From the IMG/VR virus record IMGVR_UViG_3300029533_000034: DNA of 64,000 bases; one strand, 5' to 3'. The position numbers and the translations under genes were made by a program. Of the stretch, positions 29,505 to 37,679 are shown piece after piece (the first letter of the stretch is position 1; every line of letters begins with the position of its first letter). Under the pieces are notes generated by a model that saw only the letters and a list, made by a program, of their open reading frames with translations, was not told the DNA's origin and made no database searches. Origin of the DNA: a virus. Taxonomy: Duplodnaviria > Heunggongvirae > Uroviricota > Caudoviricetes.

Positions 29505-30069
29505 AATATTTAGAGTAGGTCAAACCTACAGTTTCATGGGTTACGATTGGACGGCCTGTGAGCTGATCAATAAAGGTAAAACCCTTGTGATTCAGTCCCA
29601 TGGTGTAACCCATGGGGAATGGCCGGGCTTTGTAATGCCACAGTTTGGAAATGGTGATTACTATTCCAAATCCATTGATGGCAAAGATATCAGTGCCTAT
29701 GACAACAAGATGAAAGAACTGTACGATACCATCAAGGATGCAGAGGATTCATCCGTTTCCTATGGAAAAGGTCTGTACCTCATTCCCAAAGAAAAAGCCG
29801 GTTTTACGGAGTGGGGTGAACCCGGTTCTGGCAACTACTGGCAGGCTTTGAAAGAGGCAGCGGAAGACGCTCAGTCGTTCGGGTCTCGCTACAACTGTGC
29901 GTGGCTTGGTACCGTCAACGGTAGTTACAGCGCGTGGTATGTCTACTCGGATGGCAACGTCTACTACGGCAACGGTCAGGGCTACGACTATGTGGTCGCG
30001 CCCGCTTTCAACCTTGACTTGTCCAAAGTTAAAATTATCGAAAATCAAATTATCAAAAATGAAAAATAA
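29494..30069 (+). CDS. paralog family A protein, copy 2 of 3
   Basis: GGAGAAGAGA RBS; similarity to 5566 and 52459. Confidence 0.6.
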   Translation: MNSEIFRVGQTYSFMGYDWTACELINKGKTLVIQSHGVTHGEWPGFVMPQFGNGDYYSKSIDGKDISAYDNKMKELYDTIKDAEDSSVSYGKGLYLIPKEKAGFTEWGEPGSGNYWQALKEAAEDAQSFGSRYNCAWLGTVNGSYSAWYVYSDGNVYYGNGQGYDYVVAPAFNLDLSKVKIIENQIIKNEK

Positions 30070-30102
30070 GGTAGGAAAGGCAGGGGAAAAAGAGGTGTGA
30101 TT

Positions 30103-30258
30103 ATGGCAGAAAGAACAGGGAAAAAGAAAAAGACTCCGATGTATGCGGACCGGATCGGCGGTGTCCGTCCGGTGTATGCATGCCCGTCATGTGGGGAGCA
30201 TCTGTTTATTCCGGATATCTGCGTAGCGTGCGGGCAGAGAATCAAATGGGATAGTTAA
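30103..30258 (+). CDS. 51-aa zinc-ribbon protein (CPSCG...CVACG); degenerate paralog at 44562-44702
   Basis: AAGAGGTG RBS; not in ORF track because under 60 aa. Confidence 0.4.
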   Translation: MAERTGKKKKTPMYADRIGGVRPVYACPSCGEHLFIPDICVACGQRIKWDS

Positions 30259-30333
30259 TGTGTAAGAAAAGAGCCTTTGGACGAGGTTCTTTTTTTTATT
30301 TAAAAAAAATTTTCAAGAAATTTCTGATTTTCT

Positions 30334-30372
30334 TTGACGATTTTTCAAAAGGCGCAATATGTGTAATGAAGA
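30334..30372 (+). promoter_or_regulatory. recurring phage promoter, copy 5
   Basis: TTGACG...GGCGCAATATGTGT. Confidence 0.5.
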
Positions 30373-30403
30373 CGAAAATAAGACGATTTTGGAGGGAGAA
30401 AAA

Positions 30404-30733
30404 ATGAAAATTTACTTTGAGGATGGAAAACTTGTCAATATTAAGCAATTACCGATTGCGCCGGATTATGTGATTGATGCTTCTGATGGAGTAACTGCCT
30501 GCATGGATATGCTGGATCGAATTTACTCGACTAATCGAGATGCAGTTGTATATACAAATTCAATTATTGCATTCAGTAACCGGTATGCATGGAATGAAGA
30601 GAAGAAAATTTCGGATGTTTACATCAGAGATGGAGAGGGTATGGAATTCACCAATATCGCGCTTCTGACCAATAGACTACTGCGGGAAGGACATAATCTC
30701 GCAAAATTGTATCTTGGTGGTGAGTTCCGGTAG
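30404..30733 (+). CDS. hypothetical protein
   Basis: GGAGGGAGA RBS. Confidence 0.5.
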   Translation: MKIYFEDGKLVNIKQLPIAPDYVIDASDGVTACMDMLDRIYSTNRDAVVYTNSIIAFSNRYAWNEEKKISDVYIRDGEGMEFTNIALLTNRLLREGHNLAKLYLGGEFR

Positions 30734-30749
30734 GAAAGAAAGTCAAATC

Positions 30750-30995
30750 ATGGACAAAAATGGATCAATTAATGAGTGGACGTATAAGGAAACTATCCGG
30801 GCTGCAAAAAGCAGTATGCATACGGAAAAGAATATGTACAGATGGGATGTCCTACGGCATCTTATTGAATTTGCGGAGGCATACAAAAAGAAACTTGATG
30901 AATACCATGCGGTCGGAACCCCAGAAGAGTGCCGGGAAAACGCAGAAAAACAGAGAAAGGAAGAAAAACTGAGTAAGAATCTAGTTTGCATATGA
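30750..30995 (+). CDS. hypothetical protein
   Basis: AGGAAAGAAAG RBS. Confidence 0.45.
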   Translation: MDKNGSINEWTYKETIRAAKSSMHTEKNMYRWDVLRHLIEFAEAYKKKLDEYHAVGTPEECRENAEKQRKEEKLSKNLVCI

Positions 30996-31124
30996 GAGTA
31001 TAACAGATTCAAGATCGGTTGTATGTATTATTTTTGAAAGGGGTGATGCCTATTGAGAGTTAATTTTAAAGAGAGTACATAAATAGCAGTTTAAAAATTT
31101 CATAAAGAATGTGAGGGAAAATAT

Positions 31125-32909
31125 ATGAGTGGTTTACCATTAGATCCTATTATTATTGCGGTTGTTGCTGTTGTTGTGATCCTTATCTGCATACTTGCCA
31201 GCGGGTATGTCAAAGCGCCAGCAGACAAGGCGTACATCATTTCCGGACTTAAGAAAGTGCCAAAGGTGTTAATTGGCCGGGCGGGAATTAAGATTCCTTT
31301 TCTGGAAAGAAAAGACGAACTTCTGTTGAAGCAGATCGGTATTGATATTAAAACCGGAGGTTATGTTCCAACGAAAGACTTCATTGGTGTTGATATTGAT
31401 GCGATTGCAAAAATCCGTCTGATTTCCATGCAGGATGTAGGAAAAGAGAAAACCTATACCAGAACAATCGTTGATGAGATTACTGACGGAAGCAATACAA
31501 AAGATGGGGATAAGGAATATTCAACTCATACAGAGGCCGTAACAATCAAGATTACAGAAGATATGGCGCGTGCGGCAATGCGAAATTTTCTTAATATGAA
31601 AGAATCCAACATTATCGAGGCATTACAGGATTCCTTACAGGGAAATATGCGCGAAATCGTTGGTACGCAGACTTTACGTGCTTTGTGCCAGGATCGTAAA
31701 TCCTTTGGTGATGAGGTCCAGAGTAAGGCACAGCCGGACATGAATGCCCTTGGTGTATGGATCGAGTCATGCAATATCCAGCGTATTGAGGACGAGCAGG
31801 ATCTGATCAATGCCCTTGGTATGGACAACATGGCTGCCATTCAGAAGAGTGCAAGTATTGCAAAGGCAGAGGCAGACAAAGACGTTGCAATTGCGCAAGC
31901 AAAGGCAGCAAGAGAAGCAAACGATGCAAAAGTTGCCGCTGACACGGAAATTGCTGAGAAGCAGAACGACCTTGCAATCAAGAAGGCAGAGTTGCAACAA
32001 CTTTCTGACACAAAGAAGGCGATTGCGGATGCTGCATATAAGATCCAGGAGCAGGAACAGCGTAAGGCGATTGAGACATCAAAGGTTAATGCAGATATTG
32101 CGGAGCAGGAAAGAACTGTTGAACTTCGAGAAAAGGAAGCACAGGTTGCAGAACAGACGCTTAATGCGACGGTAAAGAAGCAGGCGGATGCAGACAAGTA
32201 CAGCAGACAGCAGGCTGCAGAAGCAAATCTGATTGAAAAATCCCGTCAGGCCGATGCAGAAAAATATCAGCAGGAGAAAGAAGCAGAAATCCAGCAGATT
32301 AAGGCAGAGGCAGACAAGGAAGCGAAGAAGAAAGAAGCGGAAGGTATCCTTGCGGTCAAGAGAGCTGAAGCGGAAGGTATTGCCGCTGTAGGTAAGGCAG
32401 AAGCAGAAGCGATCGAGGCGAAGGGTCTTGCAGAGGCGCAGGCGATGGAGAAGAAAGCGGAAGCTTATTCGAAATACAATAAGGCTGCCGTTGCAGAAAT
32501 GATGATTAAAGTGCTTCCGGAGATTGCAGCCAAAGTTGCCGAGCCGCTTGGACAGATTGATAAGATTACAATCATCGGAGGCGGCGAGGGCGGCAATGGT
32601 GTCGATCAGGTTGCCGGAAATGTACCTGTTGTTATGGCAAAGGTCTTTGAAAGCGTTAAGGAAGCGACTGGAATTGATCTGACAAGCATTGTTAATGCTG
32701 AGTCTTACGATGCAAAGGTTAACCGCAATGTTAATTTGACCGGCATTAATGACATGGTGACAATTTCTGGTGGATCAAAGAGTGAAGCGGACGAAAATGG
32801 AACCGCAAATTCCGGCATTGATTCTGACTTTGCGGAAGAGAATGCAGAGACGATTCGTTCCGTGGCAGATAACTCCAATCAGGAGCAGGCTGACGGTAAT
32901 CTGATTTAA
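31125..32909 (+). CDS. flotillin-like SPFH/band-7 protein with long A/E/K/Q coiled-coil tail
   Basis: N-terminal TM segment, SPFH core, then a ~300-aa coiled-coil, as in YqiK/FloT. Confidence 0.7.
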   Translation: MSGLPLDPIIIAVVAVVVILICILASGYVKAPADKAYIISGLKKVPKVLIGRAGIKIPFLERKDELLLKQIGIDIKTGGYVPTKDFIGVDIDAIAKIRLISMQDVGKEKTYTRTIVDEITDGSNTKDGDKEYSTHTEAVTIKITEDMARAAMRNFLNMKESNIIEALQDSLQGNMREIVGTQTLRALCQDRKSFGDEVQSKAQPDMNALGVWIESCNIQRIEDEQDLINALGMDNMAAIQKSASIAKAEADKDVAIAQAKAAREANDAKVAADTEIAEKQNDLAIKKAELQQLSDTKKAIADAAYKIQEQEQRKAIETSKVNADIAEQERTVELREKEAQVAEQTLNATVKKQADADKYSRQQAAEANLIEKSRQADAEKYQQEKEAEIQQIKAEADKEAKKKEAEGILAVKRAEAEGIAAVGKAEAEAIEAKGLAEAQAMEKKAEAYSKYNKAAVAEMMIKVLPEIAAKVAEPLGQIDKITIIGGGEGGNGVDQVAGNVPVVMAKVFESVKEATGIDLTSIVNAESYDAKVNRNVNLTGINDMVTISGGSKSEADENGTANSGIDSDFAEENAETIRSVADNSNQEQADGNLI

Positions 32910-32924
32910 CGGAATATGTAATTT

Positions 32925-32970
32925 AAGGCATATACTAGGGCTTATTTGCTCATGGTATATGCCTTTTTAC
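32925..32970 (+). terminator. rho-independent terminator (aaggcatatac...gtatatgcctt + T-run)
   Basis: 10-bp inverted repeat. Confidence 0.5.
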
Positions 32971-33027
32971 ATTGAAAAGGATCAAGCAGGACACGGTGTA
33001 AGTTTTTTAAAAGCTCTCTAAGCTTCT

Positions 33028-33066
33028 TTGACATTTCAGGAGATGGCGCAAGATGTATCATGTAAA
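33028..33066 (+). promoter_or_regulatory. recurring phage promoter, copy 6
   Basis: TTGACA...GGCGCAAGATGTATCATG. Confidence 0.5.
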
Positions 33067-33205
33067 GACCATAAACCGGGCTGCCAGGTTACCGGCTGGC
33101 AGAAAACTCTTTCGATATTTGTTTACGCTTCCGGGTAATACCCGGAAGGGATAGTTGGTTCGCAGCGTAAGCTGTTCCGGGTCCCATTCCCAGATATCCC
33201 TTTTT
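33063..33205 (+). ncRNA. structured ~140-nt RNA, family copy 3
   Basis: paralog; loop and stem substitutions preserve the hairpins. Confidence 0.55.
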
Positions 33206-33275
33206 CAAATGAAATTACAGAAAAGTCTGGCGTCGTCCACACGATTCGTGCCCGTGAGCAAAGAGAACAAAGGAG

Positions 33276-33343
33276 CACACCCGGAAGGAATCGAACCCTC
33301 GTTGGCGGTTTTGGAGACCACTTTCTGTCCATCAGACAGGTGT
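33276..33343 (-). tRNA. tRNA-Trp (CCA)
   Basis: minus-strand cloverleaf; T-loop TTCGATT; anticodon loop cuCCAaa. Confidence 0.6.
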
Positions 33344-33349
33344 ATATAG

Positions 33350-33439
33350 CGCAGACACCGGGGTTCGAACCCGGACAGCGGTTGTGCCGCATGCCACATT
33401 AGCAGTGTGGAGGGGTACCAGTTACCTTTATATGTCTGC
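33350..33439 (-). tRNA. tRNA-Ser (GCT), long variable arm
   Basis: acceptor gcagaca/tgtctgc; anticodon loop cuGCUaa; T-loop TTCGAAC. Confidence 0.65.
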
Positions 33440-33444
33440 ATAAG

Positions 33445-33516
33445 AGGCATCGGAGGGAATCGAACCCTCACCTTCCGGGTTGCAACCGGACGCCTTAGCC
33501 GTTTGGCTACGATGCC
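33445..33516 (-). tRNA. tRNA-Cys (GCA)
   Basis: acceptor ggcatcg/cgatgcc; anticodon loop uuGCAac. Confidence 0.7.
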
Positions 33517-33547
33517 ATATATGGGTTCCCCTGATAAGGGAGGAGAG

Positions 33548-33631
33548 CGCTGTGCCATGGATTCGAACCTTGACATTCTTTCGGGATGGCGGTTTTTAAG
33601 ACCGCTGCTTTCCCGGTTGAGCCAGTACAGC
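33548..33631 (-). tRNA. tRNA-Leu (TAA), long variable arm, two stem mismatches
   Basis: anticodon stem gcggt/accgc, loop cuUAAaa; T-loop TTCGAAT. Confidence 0.5.
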
Positions 33632-33875
33632 AAAAATAAAGGCACACACCTCTCAATTGAAAGATGTATGCCCCGTTTTCTTAAGTATTTCCTATATTTT
33701 CCCAGAAATTCCCCAGCAATAATCACATTTCTTTCAATTTGAGACGGTATTTACGAGCACGATAACTGCACCAGCTGCATGACTGCGGCTGACTGATACT
33801 TCTCTGTGGACACTGTCTCATTTCTGTTGTCATCATTGTTTTTCCTTCCTTTCCTTGAATTTTTTCAATATTAAG

Positions 33876-33949
33876 TGTGCCTGGTGGGACTTGAACCCGA
33901 CGACGCCACGATTAAAAGTCGCGTGCTCTGCCAACTGAGCTACAGGCAC
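33876..33949 (-). tRNA. tRNA-Lys (TTT)
   Basis: acceptor gtgcctg/caggcac; D-arm TAGCTCAGTTGGCAGAGC; anticodon loop cuUUUaa. Confidence 0.7.
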
Positions 33950-33954
33950 ATGAG

Positions 33955-34026
33955 CGGATCAGGAGGGAATCGAACCCTCGTTTTCCGGTAGACAGCCGGG
34001 TGTAATAGCCTTTATACTACAGATCC
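33955..34026 (-). tRNA. tRNA with GTC anticodon (Asp?); unusual T at position 37
   Basis: canonical T-arm GAGGGTTCGATTCCCTC; anticodon loop cuGUCua. Confidence 0.5.
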
Positions 34027-34030
34027 ATAA

Positions 34031-34103
34031 AGCTCCCGTCCGGCTTCGAACCGGAAACCTTCTGATTACAAATCAGATGCACTGCCAGTTGTGCTACAGG
34101 AGC
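34031..34103 (-). tRNA. tRNA-Thr (TGT)
   Basis: acceptor gctcctg/cgggagc; anticodon stem tctga/tcaga, loop uuUGUaa. Confidence 0.6.
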
Positions 34104-34108
34104 AGGAA

Positions 34109-34181
34109 CACTTCCGACGGGTGCTGACCCCGCTATCTCCGCCGTGACAGGGCGGTGACTCTGCTGTTTGTCCTCGGAAGT
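34109..34181 (-). tRNA. non-canonical tRNA-like gene with a perfect Asp anticodon arm (ccgcc-cuGUCac-ggcgg) but T-loop GTCAGCA instead of TTCGA
   Basis: acceptor acttccg/cggaagt perfect 7 bp; D-stem 3 bp. Confidence 0.4.
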
Positions 34182-34185
34182 ATAG

Positions 34186-34267
34186 TGCGCTGGGGAGGAC
34201 TCGAACCTCCGGTGTTTCTTTGTGGCTGATTTACAGTCAGCTGTCTTCGCCGCTGGACTACCAACGC
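34186..34267 (-). tRNA. tRNA-Tyr (GTA), long variable arm
   Basis: anticodon stem gctga/tcagc, loop cuGUAaa; T-loop TTCGAGT. Confidence 0.65.
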
Positions 34268-34272
34268 ATGAG

Positions 34273-34344
34273 CTGATCCGGAGGGACTCGAACCCTCAAC
34301 GCCCCGGTTAACAGCCGGGTGCTCTACCATTGAGCTACGGATCA
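34273..34344 (-). tRNA. tRNA-Asn (GTT)
   Basis: acceptor tgatccg/cggatca; D-arm TAGCTCAATGGTAGAGC; anticodon loop cuGUUaa. Confidence 0.7.
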
Positions 34345-34345
34345 G

Positions 34346-34417
34346 AGCATGTGACGGGTCTCGAACCCGCCCGTCCTGCTTGGAAGGCAGGTGTGCCGCC
34401 AACAACACTTCACATGC
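34346..34417 (-). tRNA. tRNA-Gly (TCC)
   Basis: acceptor gcatgtg/cacatgc; anticodon stem cctgc/gcagg, loop cuUCCaa. Confidence 0.6.
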
Positions 34418-34984
34418 ATACGGATAAAAGAAGTGCCTGTTTTCTCTTATCCATTCAGTTTTTTACCGCATCGCTGCGGAGTGGACAGGAGTGGTAATGA
34501 TCCACCCTGTAAGGATTTTCAGTCCCTCGCTAATCCATCTCAGCTACCTGTCCATGGCTTTTCTGCAATAAAAAAGCCGCATCAAGAAATTTTCCTTCTT
34601 TCTGCGGTCATCTGCGTTTTGCAATATTTCGGTTTTAAGTGCCTGGTTTAAAATCGAAATCGACCGCGGGAAGGTGTATCATAATAGTTCTGTCCCCATG
34701 TTTTCCCGGATTTTGAGCATGAGAAACTAAACATATTGCTGAAATCGCCGTATGTTCTACAATCATTATTAAAATTTTTACTGCTCATCATCTTTAACAT
34801 GGTTTTCTTTTCCTTTCATTTTAATTAATGCTGGATAAACAAAAAGCCCGTCACTTAACTCAAAGCTACACATTCAAATAGCTCTGAGTTAAAAGACAGG
34901 CACTTCTTTTATCTCATGAGCCTATCATATCATACTGATCGTGAAGTGTCAACAGGAAATTTGAAAAAATAAAACAAATAAAAA

Positions 34985-35012
34985 TCTCCGCCAAATAAGA
35001 CGGAGATTTGAA
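34985..35012. terminator. bidirectional terminator hairpin (aatctccg...cggagatt)
   Basis: 8-bp inverted repeat flanked by A and T runs; sits at the 3' end of the minus-strand gene. Confidence 0.45.
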
Positions 35013-35014
35013 AA

Positions 35015-35635
35015 TTAACATATTAATTCGTAGTCGTACAGATCGAGCGGCGTTTTGTTTCCGCTGGACCACTCAAACTCTTCGTTGTCCCAAATGCTGC
35101 GGGCGTTGTTCAGATTGATCTCATCCGTCAGTACCTTTTCTTCGATATTAATGAACCGTTCCAAAGATTCTTTGAAGCGGTTGATGACTTCCTCGGGATT
35201 CTTTGAATGCCAGCTGTATTCGTCGAAAAACCTTCCACTGGCGGTAATTGTTAATTCCTCGCCGTTATCCGACAATCCAGACAATTCAAATGTAGCGTCT
35301 TCCTCGGAAATATCGCTATAATATTCGCCAGGTTTATTGGTATCGTTGATTTTGTTCCCAAGTCCTTCCGCTTTTTCCATCAGGTCATAAATTTCCTCTG
35401 GAATCGTAAGGTAATCTTCCGGATAGTATTCCACGGTTGGCTTGATTTCTTCGATCGGAAGCTTTTCAACGAAATCGTCTCCTTTGAAAATAGCAAAAGA
35501 GTTCATACCTCTTGCGCTGATCTCAACTTTCCCGCATTTGCATGGGAATATTTTTAAAAGTCTTCTATCTCGAGTGTCATAAGCTACTGAAAAAATGCCG
35601 CATTCTTTGCATTTAAAATTTCTTTGTGTTTTCAT
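35015..35635 (-). CDS. hypothetical protein with N-terminal zinc ribbon (CKECG...CKCG); the only minus-strand protein gene
   Basis: internal ATG (MKTQRNF) with GAAGGGAGAAAAA RBS; longer ORF start overlaps the plus-strand promoter. Confidence 0.55.
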   Translation of the reverse strand: MKTQRNFKCKECGIFSVAYDTRDRRLLKIFPCKCGKVEISARGMNSFAIFKGDDFVEKLPIEEIKPTVEYYPEDYLTIPEEIYDLMEKAEGLGNKINDTNKPGEYYSDISEEDATFELSGLSDNGEELTITASGRFFDEYSWHSKNPEEVINRFKESLERFINIEEKVLTDEINLNNARSIWDNEEFEWSSGNKTPLDLYDYELIC

Positions 35636-35718
35636 GATTTTTCTCCCTTCATCAATGGTTTTATTTACACTTTTAATATGAAATATTAAACATATTTCAA
35701 AAAATTTCCCGGAAATTT

Positions 35719-35757
35719 TTGACGAAATTTCAAAAGGCGCAATATATGTAATGAAAG
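35719..35757 (+). promoter_or_regulatory. recurring phage promoter, copy 7
   Basis: TTGACG...GGCGCAATATATGT. Confidence 0.5.
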
Positions 35758-35872
35758 GAGGAGGAAATACAAATTGGAATGTTTGACATGCAAGAAACAC
35801 TGATCGCAGGGAGGCCGCTGTTCAGAGAACGTGAGAAACTGCCTGCATTATGAGGAAGAACCAAGAGGAAAA

Positions 35873-36106
35873 ATGGTCCGGACAGAACTGTCTTTTCGTA
35901 TGGATGCAGAGGCGGAAACTCCGGTGGTCAGATTTGGAGAGAAAATACTGGTTTCCGATGGTTCAAAAGCGGTCGAGATGACTGTGATCAAGATCAACTG
36001 GGTTAATCTTCGGGATATGCTCTGCAATGTATCCGCGGATTATCATGAGAATGAGATGCCGCGATTTGAGAAAGAAAAGAAGTTCAATGTAGTTGAGAGA
36101 AAATAG
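35873..36106 (+). CDS. small hypothetical protein whose stop codon abuts a solitary CRISPR repeat
   Basis: AGAGGAAAAATG RBS. Confidence 0.45.
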   Translation: MVRTELSFRMDAEAETPVVRFGEKILVSDGSKAVEMTVIKINWVNLRDMLCNVSADYHENEMPRFEKEKKFNVVERK

Positions 36107-36136
36107 TTGTACCCTATGCGGTGCATGGGTTGAAAC
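36106..36136 (+). CRISPR. solitary CRISPR repeat unit (GTTGTACCCTATGCGGTGCATGGGTTGAAAC)
   Basis: single repeat with an intact hairpin and no adjacent spacer-repeat units. Confidence 0.5.
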
Positions 36137-36190
36137 TAAAGTCACATTTAACATGAAACAAAATTTTTTCAAAAACTTTCAAAATTCCCT

Positions 36191-36229
36191 TGACGAATCC
36201 CCAGATGGCGCAATATGTATCATGTAAAG
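36191..36229 (+). promoter_or_regulatory. recurring phage promoter, copy 8
   Basis: TTGACG...GGCGCAATATGTATCATG. Confidence 0.55.
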
Positions 36230-36365
36230 GTCATAAACCGAGCTGCCAGGGTTACCGGCTGGCAGAAATCCTTTCGATATTTGTTTACGCTTCCGGGGAA
36301 ACCCGGAAGGGATAGTGAGGACGCAGTGTAAGCTGTTCCGGGTCCGATTCCCGGATATCCCTTTT
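36227..36365 (+). ncRNA. structured ~140-nt RNA, family copy 4
   Basis: paralog of 8490, 11105, 33063. Confidence 0.55.
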
Positions 36366-36645
36366 AACTGCCGCAGGTGGTCTTCTCAAATTCAGCTGTC
36401 TGCGGCCTGTGGGATTTCCCACTGAACCAAAATAACGATAACCGCCAGAATTACAGCAGCGTGCGTTGGCGTGAGAACTATCGGCGCACAGGGATTACTC
36501 CTTTCATATTTATCTATCACACCTTTTCGTACATCGTATGGAGAGGCTGTGGAACAGCAGGTGCGTAGCCACGGGCTATTCCGGGATCGTTCCCCAGATG
36601 TTCCATTTTTAAAACATTAAAACAAATTACAGGAGGAAAATAGCG

Positions 36646-37368
36646 ATGGAAAAAGAAGTGGTATATGTCGCAGAACTGGATTCCGATGTTGACGATGTCG
36701 TTGCAGCAAATTACTTATATAATGAAGGGGTCTTAAAATGCGTAGTATGTGACCCATATCCAAGGACACCGGAGGGATTGGCACGAAAGGGAAAGCTGGA
36801 AGCGCTTGGCATCGATGTGGTTAAGAAAATGCCACCGGTTGCAAAATATGTGTTTGTTGGCGGCGCACTTACGGCTGTTGCTGGCTATATCCGGATGCAC
36901 CATGTCGACTGGCTGGTAATGAACGGAGGCTTTGTTGGAGCAAATATTGCGACCCTTGAACTGGATAAGTTCAAGGGGAAGAACACTGTCCGTACCTTCA
37001 ATTTCAACTGCGATGTTGTGGCTGCAGATACGGTTTTGAAAACTGATGAGAAGCATATTTCTCATATTGTTCTTGTTGGAAAGAACGTCTGCCACGATGT
37101 CCGGAATACGAGGAATGGTATCTGGAGTGGCGAGAAATACAAGAAATTGTTTGATGAGTACCGCGTTAAAGATGAGAAGCGTCAACATGACCTACTTGCC
37201 TGCCATGAGGGACTTGCATTCCTGCGGGGAACCAGTAAGATCTGCGAGTATGAGACAGTAAGGCCGTACAATACAGGTTTGAATGGCAAGCTGACACAGT
37301 GGGGCAGCACAAAAACTATGGAAACACCATATCGCGAAGTGCTTGCCGCTGTTGGCTATCGGGATTAA
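36646..37368 (+). CDS. nucleoside hydrolase (IunH/RihA-like) family protein
   Basis: N-terminal Asp cluster ELDSDVDDVVA, plus MNGGF...GAN...TFNFNCDVVAA...VL...HD, colinear with the IU-nucleoside hydrolase motifs DxDxxxDD, MGG..GN..EFN..DPEAA. Confidence 0.5.
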   Translation: MEKEVVYVAELDSDVDDVVAANYLYNEGVLKCVVCDPYPRTPEGLARKGKLEALGIDVVKKMPPVAKYVFVGGALTAVAGYIRMHHVDWLVMNGGFVGANIATLELDKFKGKNTVRTFNFNCDVVAADTVLKTDEKHISHIVLVGKNVCHDVRNTRNGIWSGEKYKKLFDEYRVKDEKRQHDLLACHEGLAFLRGTSKICEYETVRPYNTGLNGKLTQWGSTKTMETPYREVLAAVGYRD

Positions 37369-37370
37369 AA

Positions 37371-37679
37371 GTTACACTCCGCGAGGGGTGTATGGGTTGA
37401 AATTGAATAAATAATGCATCATAAGATATTCCAAATTGTTGCACCCCGCGAGGGGTGCAGGGATTGAAATAAAAGAACCTCTTCGATTCCCGAACACCCT
37501 TGTCTAGGTTGCACCTCGTAAGAGGTGTATGGGTTGAAATCCGGATCTGCTCTGCGGTTAGCATGGCACCACGTTGTTGCACCCTGCGAAGGGTGTATGG
37601 GTTGAAATGTGTTACCATTCCATCTTCTCCACGTCTAACTCTAGTTGCCCCCCCCCGCGCGAGGGGCGCATGGGTTGAA
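37371..37679 (+). CRISPR. CRISPR mini-array 2: 5 degenerate repeats, 4 spacers (34-37 nt); starts 2 nt after the stop codon of the hydrolase gene
   Basis: read directly from the sequence. Confidence 0.85.

Noticed and set aside
33548-33631. Plus-strand reading of the Leu tRNA region as a tRNA with anticodon TTA (ochre suppressor), and of 34109-34181 as Val(GAC)
   Set aside because: On the plus strand the acceptor, D- and T-arms do not form and position 33 is not U. The minus-strand folds give complete cloverleaves consistent with the neighbouring tRNAs.
33205-33742. ORF-track ORFs 33205-33726 (-), 33407-33742 (+), 33155-33349 (+), 33123-33392 (-) and 34133-34408 (-)
   Set aside because: They overlap the tRNA operon and ncRNA copy 3. 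Their translations are Gly/Pro/Arg-rich, as is typical of tRNA antisense and sense reading. No RBS is present.
36377-36568. ORF 36377-36568 (+) and 42344-42616 (-)
   Set aside because: They lie in the GC-rich structured islands, have no RBS and odd composition, and are better explained as RNA structure.
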